A stretch of 64,000 nt of DNA. Origin: Octopus sinensis. Its lineage: Eukaryota. A model generated the notes under the pieces. The model ran no database searches and had not been told where the DNA came from. It saw only the letters and a list, made by a program, of their open reading frames with translations. This document shows positions 14,277 to 28,386 of this stretch, one piece after another. Positions within the stretch are counted from its first letter, which is position 1. Each line of letters opens with the position of its first letter. A program made the translations under genes and the position numbers. The stretch spans positions 105,648,001 to 105,712,000 of the forward strand of contig NC_042997.1 of assembly GCF_006345805.1 (NCBI RefSeq), in the 5' to 3' direction.

Positions 14277-15409
14277 TACGTATGTATGTATGTATGTATG
14301 TATGTATGTATGTATGTATGTATGTATGTATGTATGTATGTATGTATGTATGTATGTATGTATGTATTATATTATATTGTATCGATACACGTAGGATCAT
14401 AACAAAACCCTTTCAATGCATTTGTAATTTATTAATGGATCTAACTGCCAAGAATGCCTTAATTCATGTAAAAAAAAACAAAAACAATTGTTATCCGCTT
14501 TTCTGAAACGCTTATTAATAGGAATTTTATAAACATTATCAAATTATTAATGGAACCAGCTGACAAGAATGCATAAATTCATGTCAAAATATATGTTTAT
14601 CCTATTTTCCGAAGCACTTTATTAATAGTGACTTTCGAAACAATATTTCTGTGAGCATTAAAGGTGGATATTCGGTCTTACTGAGATCCCATAAGTATTG
14701 GAATCCTCTGTTTCTACCGATGAAGCTTTGGTATAAATTAGATGTTGATGACATCTCTCTGAAAGTATAATGTTAGGTAAAATTCTAGTTTTTTTCTATT
14801 GTACCTCGTAGCCTGGTAACAAAGCAATATTGATGCATCAATAATTTGGCATAGAGAAATATAAACTTACAATTTTGGGATTGGTATTTCAAGTAATTTT
14901 CAATTAGGTAATTTCGTCTCTTCTCTCTCATCTCAATCCTTTCTAACAGACAAGCCGAACATACTAAGCACTAAGCCACGCGCCTTCATGTTCTGGTATT
15001 ATGATATCTCATACGAAGCGAATGAAGTGCTAGATTTATATGTTCCCGATTTGTAAGCAACGTTAATACAACGATCAAGAAAAGTCTTTCAGTTTGTTAG
15101 AAAGAACAGCCATATTTCATTCTAATCACACTTTACACCCTTAAAATAGAGAGATCACACTGAACAGTGTAATCTTTGAAAAATAACAAAAAAAAAATGG
15201 GCCTCTAACAGCTAACTCTTATTTTGAATATAAATCTGCTCAGAAGTCAAGAGCAATTGAAATGAAGTACCATGCTCAAGTACATTACGCACCGCCTCAT
15301 CCAACTGAACAAAAGATGTTATGATCTAACGATGTTATGAACTAACGGTGTTATGATCGTGAGCCGAACATCCTAAGCACTAAGTCACGTGGCTTCCTGT
15401 TCTAGTATA

Positions 15410-15773
15410 CTCTTTTACTCTTTTGCTTGTTTCAGTCATTTGACTGTGGCCATGCTGGAGCACCGCTTTTAGTCGAGCAAATCGACCCCAGAACTTATTC
15501 TTTATAAGCCTAGTACTTATTCTATCGGTCTCTTTTGCGAAACCGCTAAGTTACAGGGACGTAAACACACCAGCATCGGTTGTCAAGCGATGTTGGGGGG
15601 ACAAACACAGACACACAAACATATACACACACATACATATATACATATATATACATATATACGACGGGCTTCTTTTAGTCTCCGTCAACCAAATCCCTCC
15701 CATGGCTTTGGTCGCCCCGAAGGTATAGTAGAAGACACTTGCCTAAGGTACCACGCAGTGGGACTGAACTTGG
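15410..15773 (-). mobile_element. SINE family C (CORE-like, internal microsatellite), 5'-truncated
   Basis: Matches the full copy at 19141-19570. Confidence 0.85.
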
Positions 15774-15842
15774 AATAAGCCTTTTGGAAATTTTATATTA
15801 TTTTTTTGTTTGGATTCTTTTATCTTTTTAATGCTTTTGTCA

Positions 15843-15877
<35 letters not shown>

Positions 15878-16664
15878 GACGATTGTTCGTTACTTTATTT
15901 CTTATTTTAAATGCAGTGTCTTTATTGTGTGATACCGAATCCCAGCCATATTAATCATAATTATCCTGAAAATTAAACCCTAATTTATAACATGTTTAAA
16001 GCCTTCGAGTGAAAACAGATGTGACCACATACTCTAACACACATGCACACACTAACATACATATACACCAATATATACACGAATAGAAACACGCACAGTC
16101 ATACACAAATCCATGCATTGAGGAAGGAGACAATCTTGAGAGTTGTTGCTTTCTACTACAGTAAAAAGACGGCTAATCATAACATATATGATTTCTAAAA
16201 CAAAGAAAAACTTCTTGAAGCTCATTGGTCAACTTCCACAGCTTTCCAACAATGTTTCTAAAGGAACAAATTAATTAGTTTAATCTATGATATTTACGAA
16301 TCCATAGAATGTATAATTATCCACCAGTGGATTAATATAATGTAAGCTAAAGTATAAACATAGAAATAGGACGACATGCACAACCGCGTGTGTCTACTAA
16401 TACACCTAACAGTGTAGTTAATGTAGTCGCATACACACATACTCACAAACGCACATACACGCACACTCTCTCTTCCTTTGTATATACATACATTTCTTTG
16501 TGTGCATATATATATGTTTGTATGTGTGTGTGTGTGCGTGTGCGTGCGTACTTGCGTGTGTTGTGTGTATGTATGTATATATATGTATGTATTATGTATG
16601 TATGTATGAATGTATGTATGTATGTATGTATGTATGTATGTGATGAATATATCATTTTATCGTT

Positions 16665-16895
16665 TTCCTTTTACTTGATTCAGTAATCAGACTGTGACCA
16701 TGCCAGGGCACCGCCTAAAGGATGTTTTTTAGTTGAATGAATCAACATCCAATCCTTCCTTCATTTTTTTAAAACCTGGTACTTACTCTACCGGTCTTTT
16801 TTGTCGGACCGCTACGTTACAGGCAGGTAAACCCGCCAACACTGTCAATCGGTGGTGAGGAACAAACATTGACACAAAGACAAACACACACACAT
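16665..16895 (-). mobile_element. SINE family C 3' half, diverged
   Basis: gaccatgccagggcaccgcc tail and ccggtcttttttgtcggaccgct body. Confidence 0.7.
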
Positions 16896-17345
16896 ACTGA
16901 CGCACGCACACACGCACGCGTGCATGCATACCTATATATATATACATACATACATACATATATAAATTGCAAAGAAATAGGGATTTTAAATCCGGGCATA
17001 TCCCTTACAGGCATTCTCATAAAACCAAGACTCGGCTAGCGAATTCCTTCGATTGGTAAATCTTGAGTTCGCTTCAATGCATTTCATATAGAATACAGAA
17101 TGTATTTTCAAGACATACTATTGGGGAATAGAGAGGTTTTTCATCAATGGGATAGAATTTTTTTCAAAGTATGAAGAAAATAGATTTTAATGAATGATGT
17201 GCAAATCCATACTTCATTATTACGTCTTTCTCTCTCACTTACTCTCTTTCTCTCTCACTCTCTCTTTCTCTCCCTCTCTCTCTCTCTGCATATATGTATG
17301 TGTGTTTGTGCGCGCGCGCGTGCATGTGTGTGTACATACATTTAG

Positions 17346-17401
17346 GGTTAGGATTCCTGACTTTCACCCAGGCGGCCCAAATTCGATTCCCGGCATGGAA
17401 A
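17346..17401 (+). pseudogene. tRNA-Glu(UUC) pseudogene, 5'-truncated
   Basis: ggttaggattcctgactTTCacccaggcggcccaaattcgattcccggcatggaa matches the 3' three-quarters of eukaryotic tRNA-Glu. The acceptor 5' strand and A-box start are missing, and a GG>AA change breaks the T stem and B-box. Confidence 0.8.
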
Positions 17402-17462
17402 TACTATATTTTTCACGTAGCTGCATCGGTGAAACGAATAAAAGAATAATGGAATGTATAAA

Positions 17463-17789
17463 GACCCCCTTCGGTCATGAATGACCATGGGATTGCACCT
17501 AGAAAGTTACCCTCCTAGACACAAGTCCGGGCAAGGTTGTTTATGGAAGACCAGCAGTCGCCCATGCATACCAGCCTCCCCTCTCCACGCCACCAGTGTT
17601 ATCCAAGGGTAAGACAAAGGTCGATACAGCTTGGCACCAGTGACATCGCAACTCATTTCTACAGCTGAGTGGACTGGAGCAACGTGAAATAAAGTGCCTT
17701 GCTCAAGAACACAACACGCAGCCCGGTCCGGGATTCGAGCTCACAACCTCACGATCGTAAGCTCGACGCTCTAACCACTGAGCCATGCG
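17463..17789 (-). mobile_element. tRNA-derived SINE family E, full length
   Basis: Minus strand TGGCTCAGTGG A-box, gagctcgaatcc B-box, CORE-like ttgtgttcttgagcaaggcact, distinct 3' tail. Confidence 0.85.
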
Positions 17790-17804
17790 ACATACATACA
17801 TACA

Positions 17805-17878
<74 letters not shown>

Positions 17879-19140
17879 TCATTTTAATATTTGGATAATT
17901 GTTTAGTTCATGTCATGTTTATTTGTGTGTGTGTGTGTGTGAATCTCTGTGTCTGTGTGTGTTTTTATGTAAGTATGTGTATATATATATATATATATAT
18001 TTATATATCTGCATCGATGTATGTGTGAATGCTGGTATAAGGGAGGTGTGGTGTAAAGAGAAAGATGTAGAGCGACGTGTTGTCTAGTGCCCTGTGGTAT
18101 TATTAACATTTACCAAAAAGTCTTTTAATCAACAGAGAAAATTGTTAGCTTCCGCTGTTTAAAGCTGGATATATCAGCACCAAATGCAAAAATAAATCTT
18201 TACATTACAAAGTCTAGCATTAAAAAATATTTAAAAAAATCTCTCAATACTTTAAAAAAAAACATAAGTCTTCTGTTATGTATGAGCATAATCTAACAGC
18301 AAATAATTATGCTTCATTTTAATTACGGATGAGATCAATGTCTTAAAACAGCTGATACAGTCGATTTACTAGATTCATGTAACTAGTATGTCTGTTATCC
18401 TGTATGAGATGCGTAAAATTTAGTCGAGTTTATAGCTGCTAAACTTCAAATGATAAAGTATCTAGTCAGGCGCTACATTGTCTCGCGTTTATCTACTTCT
18501 TTCGCTCTCTCCCTAATCCCCATTCCTCCTTCCTTCACTCTCTCCCTATCGTTCTCTTTCCATAAGAAATCACTAAACGCTTGTTTAGTGCATCTGCCTT
18601 TTTATATGTCTATGCATCTACTTCTTTTCCTTCTGCTCTCTCTCTCTCTCTCTTTCTCGCTCCCCCTCTTCTCTCTCTCTCTCTCGCTCTTTCATACGTT
18701 CGAAATCCGAACACGTTTATTTAGTGCATCTAACTTTATGTCGGTTCGTTTAATTCTGCCTCTCTCCATTTGCTCTCTCTCTCTCTCTCTTCTCACCCCT
18801 TTTATCAACCTTTCTCTTTATCCATCTATTTCTGTACTACACATAGCACAACTAACTCGATTTATATGTCCAGAAAAACTGAAAATCACGATTCTCATGA
18901 GTTTCTTAAGAACAAAGAAACGATAAAACGACCGATCTTTATGAACCTTCATAATTCATAACAGACAATGTGTTTAATGGCTTCATGCTTCAGATTTAAT
19001 AGAACCAAATTTGTCACTGTTAATATCTTGTCATGAAGTATAACGCGTTTTGAGGACTGAAATTACCAGATCCAAAAGTTTGCTTTTGGGTTCATCTTCT
19101 CTTCCACAAATTATAAGGATGTTATATTGTTTATATATAT

Positions 19141-19570
19141 AGGCGTAGGAGTGGCTGTGTGGTAAGTAGCTTGCTCACCAACAACATGGTTCCGGGTTCA
19201 CTTCCACTGCGTGGCACCTTGGGCAAGTGTCTTCTACTTTAGCCTCGGGCCGACCAAAGCCTTGTGAGTGCATTTTGTAGACGGAAACTGAAAGAAGCCC
19301 ATCGTATATAGGTATATATGCGTGTGTGTGTGTGTGTGTGTGTGTGTACATGTGTGTGTGTGTGTGTGTTTGTGAGTCTGTGTTTGTCCCCCCAACATCG
19401 CTTGACAACCGATGCTGGTGTGTTTACGTCCCCGTAAATTAGCGGTTCGGCAAAAGTGACCGATAGAATAAGTACTAGGCTTACAAAGAATAAGTCCTGG
19501 GGTCGATTTGCTCGACTAAAGGCGGTGCTCCAGCATGGCTACAATCAAATGACTGAAACAAGTAAAAGAG
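19141..19570 (+). mobile_element. SINE family C, full length
   Basis: tRNA-like head (tggctgtgtgg...gggttca), CORE-like caccttgggcaagtgtctt, internal (TA)/(TG) tract, tail ggcggtgctccagcatgg...gactgaaacaagtaaaagag. Confidence 0.9.
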
Positions 19571-19646
19571 AGCCATTAATTTAGACTAGAGTTCAGTTCA
19601 TGGGGCATGGAAGTTTGAACGGTAAAACGAGTTTTATTGTCTAAAT

Positions 19647-19950
19647 CAGGGGATCTCTACCATTTTTTACCTATGGGTTGCTTTCATTCTTATTTTACTA
19701 GGGTGGACCACCAAAGTCATTCCATGCTTAAAAAACTTTTGTATTTTTATAATTACATATTAATAGGACTTGTATAAAAATTGTTAATTTTTTCTGTGTA
19801 TTGTGGACGTATAACTAATATATATCATTTAATCTTTACTGGTCTAAAGCACTATTTTTTCGTGAAAAATTACTGTGGACTCCCAGTTTACTATATTGCA
19901 TCCGTGGACCCCACAAAAATCTTTGAGAATCTCTCAAAAAATTGAGAGCT
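19647..19950. mobile_element. Possible degenerate hAT-type MITE
   Basis: Starts caggggatctctacc, ends near gtggacccc...ttgagaatctct; the inverted ends are weak and imperfect. Confidence 0.35.
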
Positions 19951-21724
19951 ACAGCTCTTTTCACATGGTTTCAACAAAATACCAACGACATGCTTCGAAC
20001 TGTCGAAGCACTTAGCGTGGCAATAAGTTTCTTACGGTCTACCATCTGCACTCACTCTTACCTTTGAGTCGGAAATGAACCGCAGTTAATATATTGTGAG
20101 TTTGGAAGCCACATTTCTTCGAGAGAACCCGTCAAATATATAGTTATATACGGATTTATACAAGTAGGTCAGGTTGACTTAGTAGGTGATGTATAATTTG
20201 CGAGATTTATGTTTGCATACTTTTGACAATATTTCATATTTATTCATGTGATTTTTATGTACATGACTATATTACGTAACAGCAAACGCATCCATTTTAG
20301 AAAAATAATTTGGAGTAGAGGAAGTTTCAACTACTTCAGTATCAAGAAATTATTTATTTTCATACAGAATACCCTACAGACTTCCTGATAATCTCTATTA
20401 TCACTTTTTTACTTCTTTTAGTATGAACTACTGCATCTCCAGGGTCTCCATGTTAAGCCAGTGGTATCTATCTTGTGAAGTGCCTAAGTTCATTTTTATC
20501 TCGACAGTGAAATTAAGATGAATATGAATATTTAGTGAGAAAGAGAATATAAACATTTTTTTTTCATCAGTTCTCAAACTCAGCTTCCGAAGCCTAATAA
20601 TTCATTGATTTGAATAATTCCTGCCTTATTTGATTAAGCATTTGACCAATTGAAAATATATCCTCAAGGGTCTACAACAACGTGGCGAACATTACATTAA
20701 CGACAGAATCATACTTGCAAAAGAAATCAGATTTTACATGATAACCGGCAATATACATTGATATCTCTGAATTTACAACAGAAAACACCTCCAACATGTA
20801 GATTTGTCTTCTTTTCATTCGCTCTTTGTCAATGCCAAGCCAGCCTCATGCATAATTATCTCACGTGTAAATATCTCACTTAGCATACATACAGATGAAA
20901 AGAGAAAGGAGCTTAGGGACGTTGAACAACTGAAATGTAACAAAATAAATACTAAAGTGTTTTTAAGATTCTCTATACCGTAATTATTCAAACTGATGCT
21001 TGCATTATTACAGACAGCGCAAATGTCTTTATGCTAGTGTTTGCAACATATTTCTCTCTCCTTTCGACATTTACACGCGTACACACAATGTACACGACAT
21101 ACAATAAACAATACACAATAGTCAATATACATAATCAGCTGGGAATAGAGAGAACGAGCATTTCTTTTATAGTAACTGATTGGTGAAAAGTTAAGACACA
21201 ACAGGCAATTTATCTTGTGAAATTTCACTTGTACTGCATTAAGATGGGAAAATAACGAGAAACAACATCTATTCGACGCATAACGCTTAAAAGACAAGTA
21301 ATATGCGCACGCGCGTGTGTGTGTAAAATCACTATTTCATCTTTTCCCTTGTTTTCGTTTTACCTATTTATTTTTCGTCAACTCTCTCAGCTATTGCACA
21401 GCTTGCATACGTGATCTGACGCCATCTGTTTTACAGCTACACCCCAAGAATCATTAAGAGACACTCTCTTATAATCAACTTCCTATTCTCACTTGTTACT
21501 CAACTACATGAATTCCCGTAGCAAAATGCTTAACAATGTTCCCACCCCAGTTTTCTTCTTTTTTTATTATGCAATCTGGGACCACCCTCTTTGGTCATCA
21601 TTTACCTTCTAACTGCTCGCATGTAATTATTACAGCAGATAACCAACTATTTTAACGTCATCTAATTCAACGCTCGCTGCATAATCTATCTGTACAAATG
21701 TAGTAGGATACCGTACTAGATACA

Positions 21725-21969
21725 CTTTTACTATTTTACTTGTTTCAGTTACTTGAATGTGACCATGGTGGAGCACCGCCTTCAGTCGACAAAATCTTCC
21801 CCAGGACTTATTCTTTGTAAGCCTAGTACTTATTCCATCGGTCTCTTTTGCCGAACCGCTAAGTTACGGGGACGTAAACACACCAGCATTGGTTGTCAAG
21901 CGATGTTGGGGGACAAACTCAGACACACAAACATATACACACGCACATATACATACATACATACATACA

Positions 21970-22005
<36 letters not shown>

Positions 22006-22022
22006 TATATAATATATATATA

Positions 22023-22075
<53 letters not shown>

Positions 22076-22249
22076 TACGGCGGGCTCCTTTTAGTTTCCG
22101 TCTACCAAATCCACTCACAAGGCTTTGGTCGGCCCGAGGCTATAGTAGAAGACACGCAGTGGGACTGAACCCGGAACCATGTGTTTCGTAAGCAAGCTAC
22201 TTACCACACAACCACTCCTATGCCTACTTACCACACAGCCACTCCTACG
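21725..22249 (-). mobile_element. SINE family C with expanded internal (ATAC)/(TA) tract and duplicated 27-bp head
   Basis: Matches 19141-19570; ctacttaccacacaRccactcctaYgc occurs twice at ~22197-22249. Confidence 0.85.
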
Positions 22250-23202
22250 CATAAAAAAAGCACAGTCACTCCTACGTATAAAAAAAAACACAGGTGTTTA
22301 TCCATTTCAGCGATGAAGTCACCAGGTAATCATTATGATCTGCTAGAAATAACTGCAAAATCTTCCATCCCAATATGAGTTGACGTTTTAAAATGAACAT
22401 TTGATTATATTCTTCTACATAAATTAAACCTCAAAATAGTAGTGGATGATTACATTAGGAATAGTTTGAGCCACAGGGTTGGCTTGAAGTACATCAACAA
22501 CATCACCACATAAATTATTTGTTGTTATACGTTCAACAGGAAAAGGTAACTATGATTAGTATTAATAATAAAGATACTGACTGAACTCTATAAGTCTAGT
22601 TATATACTCCTCGTTCTAGTATATATTTTAAACTACAATAACAGTTTATGCAGATAAGAAATACAGGCGAGGTATACACTAAACGGAGTGCGTGGGTAGA
22701 TCCAGTATATTAACTTAGTACATTAGAAGGTTTGGAGATGATGTACAGGTATTATATATTAGAAGAAATAAGGTACTCAGAAATCTGGATGGTTTTATAT
22801 TTACACATATTTATTAATATGTCACATGTTTTTATAAATCTTATATATATTAGCGCTTGCATCCACTCTAGTGGAGTCTTCAGATTGAATTTTTTCAGGA
22901 CTTTGTCTCTTTTTATAGTATTATTGAGTGTGTAGGGGTGGAGAGAGATAGAAGATAGTACAAGAGGGTGAAGAATAGGGAGAAAATGAGAGAGTGTGTG
23001 TGTGTGTGCTTTTGTATCTGAAAGAAGTGTCAATGAAAAAAGAAGGAAAGGAAGACGGAAGAGAGAAAGAAGAAAAAAGGCGTTTACTTTTATACAGCCG
23101 GCCGGTCAGTTCTTTCAATACACACATACATACATACATACATACATTCGTATTTACGTATGCGTATATATATATATGTATATATATATGTGTGTGTGTG
23201 TG

Positions 23203-23271
<69 letters not shown>

Positions 23272-23949
23272 TTACACACATTGGTGATTTTGAATCTTGT
23301 TTTAACCTGTTATTTAGTGCAGACGATCAACTGCTTAGACCACCAAGTGTAAATAAGAAAATGTGAAAGGACTCAACAGTATTTGTGCGTCACAAACGAT
23401 AACCTAACATCTGACTCGTAACAAACAAATCAGACATTTTTAAAGAAGGGTAAGCAAAACTTATTTCTTCAAAGAATACGGCTATTTATTACGATATGTA
23501 ATTCAAGAATTTAGACAAAGGAAACAAAAATACCACCTGCTTACATCTTAGAAACGTACTAATGCTTCTGTTATATTATTCGACTCACTTTACTTCAGTG
23601 TATTTTTAAGAAGGAAAGCATAGCTATAATTACATCATTTTCTACATAATGACTTATTATATTAACTGCACACAGTTGGGAGAAAGAACGCAGAGTTACA
23701 CAGTCTCTGCTAACATAATATATAATACAGTAAGAGCAACCAAATTAAATGTGTTAATTTACAGTCGGGACAACAGTAAAAACAACAACATCAATAACAA
23801 TGACAGCAGCAGTAGCAGCAGCAGCAGTTACAACAGCAATAAAAAAATAAACCGGCTACAACAACAGTTACAATAATATTAATAAAACATTAAAAAAAAC
23901 TAGCTTGACAACCCATCGACAGCAACTAAAACAAAGATGTAAAACACCA

Positions 23950-24350
<401 letters not shown>

Positions 24351-24749
24351 TGTGTGTATTGTACAAAGAAAAAGCGACAAATTGAATCGAAGGAAACGTA
24401 AGACAGAATCTTTACACAAGGGAGTATACCAAAATCCGAATTACGAAGCGCCATATTTTCAAGTTCTTTACTTAATGTAATTTACGTATAGAAACACATG
24501 TTGAACGAGTGGAAAACTTGTGTGTTTGCTTACAAAACCACCATAAATGTGTATTTCAAGTGCTTCATGTGTGCTTAATGTTTCCAAATGAATGTCTCTG
24601 TGTTTGTTTGGAAACCATTTGTGTATATTTATTTCTATGTTTATATGTATGCATGTGTCATGTGTATGTTTGTATGTGTATTTATGTATGTATCTATATA
24701 TGTAGGCATGCATGTATGTATGTATGTATGTGTGTGTGTGTGTGTGTGT

Positions 24750-24797
<48 letters not shown>

Positions 24798-26099
24798 TAC
24801 GTAAACATAATATTTCCATCCACCAGGAATATATATATTTTTTTCTTTCGGTTCGATTCCCTTGCGTTGAAATTCAACACTAGAGATTCTTGTACGCATT
24901 CCTGTTATTTAATTCTACATTATGTTTACTAGTCAACCAAACGAGAATAATAAGATTTTTGAAATATTTTGTGTAATTAACCTCTCGGCGCACATGCAAA
25001 AAAAAAACGAATACATACATTATTCAATACACACACAAATACACATACACATACATACACACACATAAATATATGTATGTATGCATGTATCTATTTATTA
25101 TATTGATATAAATATACGTGAGTCATATGTGTGTATCATGTGTGTGTGTGTGTCTGTATGTATGTGTGTGAGTGTAATATCAACATACGTGTGTGAAAAC
25201 TTGGAGTTTCGATTGTAAAAGCACAGTATGCTTTCGTTTTTGAGACAGAAAACAAAGAGAAGCAAAGTAGCTCTGAAATTGCTAACACGCGTAAATGGAC
25301 GAAGCCTATTCGTCCCTGGGTTTAATCAGAAGTCTAAGCATATCATATTATATTCGACACACGCTCGGTGGTTCTTATCTGTGGAATGTAGCCTTATGCG
25401 CACATTCAATTACACACATATACACACACGTATGCAAAAATATACTACATGTGTTTGTGTGTGTGTCTATTTGCATATATATATATATATATATGCTTGC
25501 ATGTATGTATGTATATATGTATGTATGTATATATGAAATAATTAAACTACGACCTGTAGCGCTTTTTGGTATGGAATTGTAAACAGATGTAGAGAATAGG
25601 TTTCCTTTTTTTCCACACATACAGAAATAAACGGAATTGTACAGCCGTTATTTCGATGTAGGTTGACTATTCATTAGAGCACAGCGTCTGACAAATTCCT
25701 CTTTCCAACGAAGTAAAGCTTTATACAATACCTACAAAATGGACTACCTAGTCATTTGTGTCGGATTTAATTAGCGATTTGATTTCCATTCCCTTCGATG
25801 AAAACATTTTTGCATATGAGTTGTCAACGAACCCTAAATCATATCAAGGCTTCATCCTTTATTTCTCTGAGAATGAAACAAATAAGCTCTATTCAGAATA
25901 TGCTGTAGCAATGTACTCAATAGCTGTATTTTAAATAATTCAAGCATTTCTTAGCTTTTTTAATATGAGCTGTCTAGTGCATGAAAACATACATATAAAC
26001 ATACAGACATACACAAAAACGTATATATATATATTACTGATTACTTCTTAATTAATTAATTTCACCCTTTGTTATTATATATATTACATGTACACTGCA

Positions 26100-26412
26100 A
26101 CATAATTTCTTTTCCTCAACAGGCCCTGCCCTATTTAACATTGTCCCGAGGGAGATCAAAGAGGAAAAGGATCCCATCAACTTTAAACAGAGTCTGGATA
26201 GATTCCTTCAAAGAATACCAGATAAGCCACCCATAATTGGATACAACTCACCCAACAAGAACTCACTACTTGAACAAAACTGGATACAACTCACCCAACA
26301 AGAACTCACTACTTGAACAAAACTTGACTTAAACAGGATTCGAATAATCCTATCAGGTGGTGCTATTAAGTTAGACATGGCCTGGACCAATCTCTGGTCG
26401 AAACATATCTAA

Positions 26413-26415
<3 letters not shown>
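26100..26415 (+). mobile_element. CR1-like LINE 3' end (ORF2 C-terminus + 3' UTR) with exact 43-bp tandem duplication
   Basis: GPALFNIVPREIKEEKDPINFKQSLDRFLQRIPDKP..GYNSPNKNSL is typical of the CR1-group ORF2 end; duplication 26238-26280 / 26281-26323. Confidence 0.8.
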
Positions 26416-26477
<62 letters not shown>

Positions 26478-26481
<4 letters not shown>

Positions 26482-26824
26482 ACAAAGGGTGAAATTAATT
26501 AATTAAGAAGTAATCAGTAATTTCACCAAGTAGAATTCGACATGAAAAGGACCATTTCGTGGTAAGTTTAAGTAATACTATATAATTAGGGTTCAGCAAC
26601 GATTTGATTCACCACATACCGAAGTTTAGAAACAGCAGTCAAAAAATCTTAGCTATTCCTTCTACTTTAAAGGGAGTTCCCAGAAAAACCAAATCAAACC
26701 AGGTTTTCAGGTGCTTTGGTTTTTCTGGAAACTCCCTTTAAAGTAGAAGGAATACCTAAGATTTTTTTGACTGCTATTTCTAAACTTCGGTATGTGGTGA
26801 AGCAAATCGTTGCTGAACCCTAAT

Positions 26825-26830
<6 letters not shown>
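26478..26830. repeat. Unclassified element containing a ~115-bp-arm hairpin (possibly PLE-terminal)
   Basis: Arms 26579-26693 and 26715-26830 with 4 mismatches and 1 indel, 21-nt loop; family assignment is inference only. Confidence 0.7.
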
Positions 26831-26857
<27 letters not shown>

Positions 26858-27150
26858 ATATATATATGTATATATATATATATATGTATGAATGTATGTA
26901 TGGTGTTAATGTTTTAAGCGTAAACAGTACGGGTTTCTTAATAGCATCATCTCTTATAGACTCAGAGAAATGGGAATTCATTAGATCCGATCCCAGTACA
27001 TACAAACGTATGCACGTACAAAGAAACACATAGATTCACAAATGCACACATACATGCCAATATATTCATACACACATACGTACATTTATACATACATACA
27101 TACATACATACATACATACATACATACATACATACATACATACATACATA

Positions 27151-27186
27151 CCAAAGCCTTGTGAGTGAATTTAGTAGACAAAAAAT

Positions 27187-27225
<39 letters not shown>

Positions 27226-27432
27226 TGTGTCTGTGTTTGTCTCCCAACATCGCTTGACAACCGATGCTGGTGTGTTTACGTCCCCGTAACTTAGCGGTTC
27301 GGCATAATAAACCGATAGAATATTACTAGGCTTACAAAGAATTAGTCCTGCGGTCGACTAAAGGCGGTGCTCCAGTATGGCCACATTCACATTACTGAAA
27401 CAGGTAAAAGAGTAAAAGAGAGAGTAAAGAGT
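27151..27432 (+). mobile_element. SINE family C, 5'-truncated
   Basis: Matches the 3' two-thirds of 19141-19570. Confidence 0.85.
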
Positions 27433-28082
27433 ATACATACATACATACATACATGATTATATACAGATACACAGAAAGGTATGCACATGAATGCAATATA
27501 TATTTGAGACTGCTTAGAGTATACGTTCTAGAACTCTCTCTATCAGTAAAAGAGTACTGTTTTCACTGTTCTTTTCCTGTATTTTTATTCGTTTTGTTGC
27601 TGCTACAAACTATAAACAACCACCCACCATCATTACCAGCTGGATATATAGTCCTTGTAAGGAAGTACAGAATTTCAATTATATAGTCAATTAATGAACA
27701 CTTAAAAGCTCGAATATCAAAGAGAAATAGGTTTATGAGAAGAACAAAACACTGTATAGCTAACCATGGAAGAAACTAACGTTATTTGACTGTGTATTTC
27801 TCTGGACAGCTAACAAAAAGTCGGGGCTTCTTATCGTCTGTTTGCGTAAACCAATAAACACATAGTCTATCGGTTTAATATGTAGAACAATCTTTATAGG
27901 ACGTTCTCTGACTCTTTAATACAATGGAAGTTCTGCTGACTCAGATTTCGGGAAAAATCTGGTAAAATTTCGGATTTCATTCACTGTTCAACTTCTTTCA
28001 CTTTCTGTTTCTTTCCTCTCTCCCTCTCTTCCCCCCTCTCTCTCTCTATATATATATATATTATTCTCTAACTCTATTATTA

Positions 28083-28135
<53 letters not shown>

Positions 28136-28147
28136 GTTATCATTATT

Positions 28148-28325
28148 TGTCTGCCGTTACGTTCAGAGGTCAAATTCCGCCGAGGTCGACTTTGCCTTTC
28201 ATCCTTTCGGGGTTGATAAATTAAGTACCAGTTACACACTGGGGTCGATGTAATCGACTTAATCCGTTTGTCTGTCCTTGTTTGTCCTCTCTGTGTTTAG
28301 CCCCTTGTTGGTAGTAAAGAAATAG
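28148..28325 (+). mobile_element. SINE family B variant with alternative tail (B2), between (ATT)n tracts
   Basis: Core followed by aatccgtttgtctgtccttgtttgtcc...taaagaaatag; same tail at ~42160-42215. Confidence 0.85.
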
Positions 28326-28340
28326 TTATTATTATTATTA

Positions 28341-28386
<46 letters not shown>

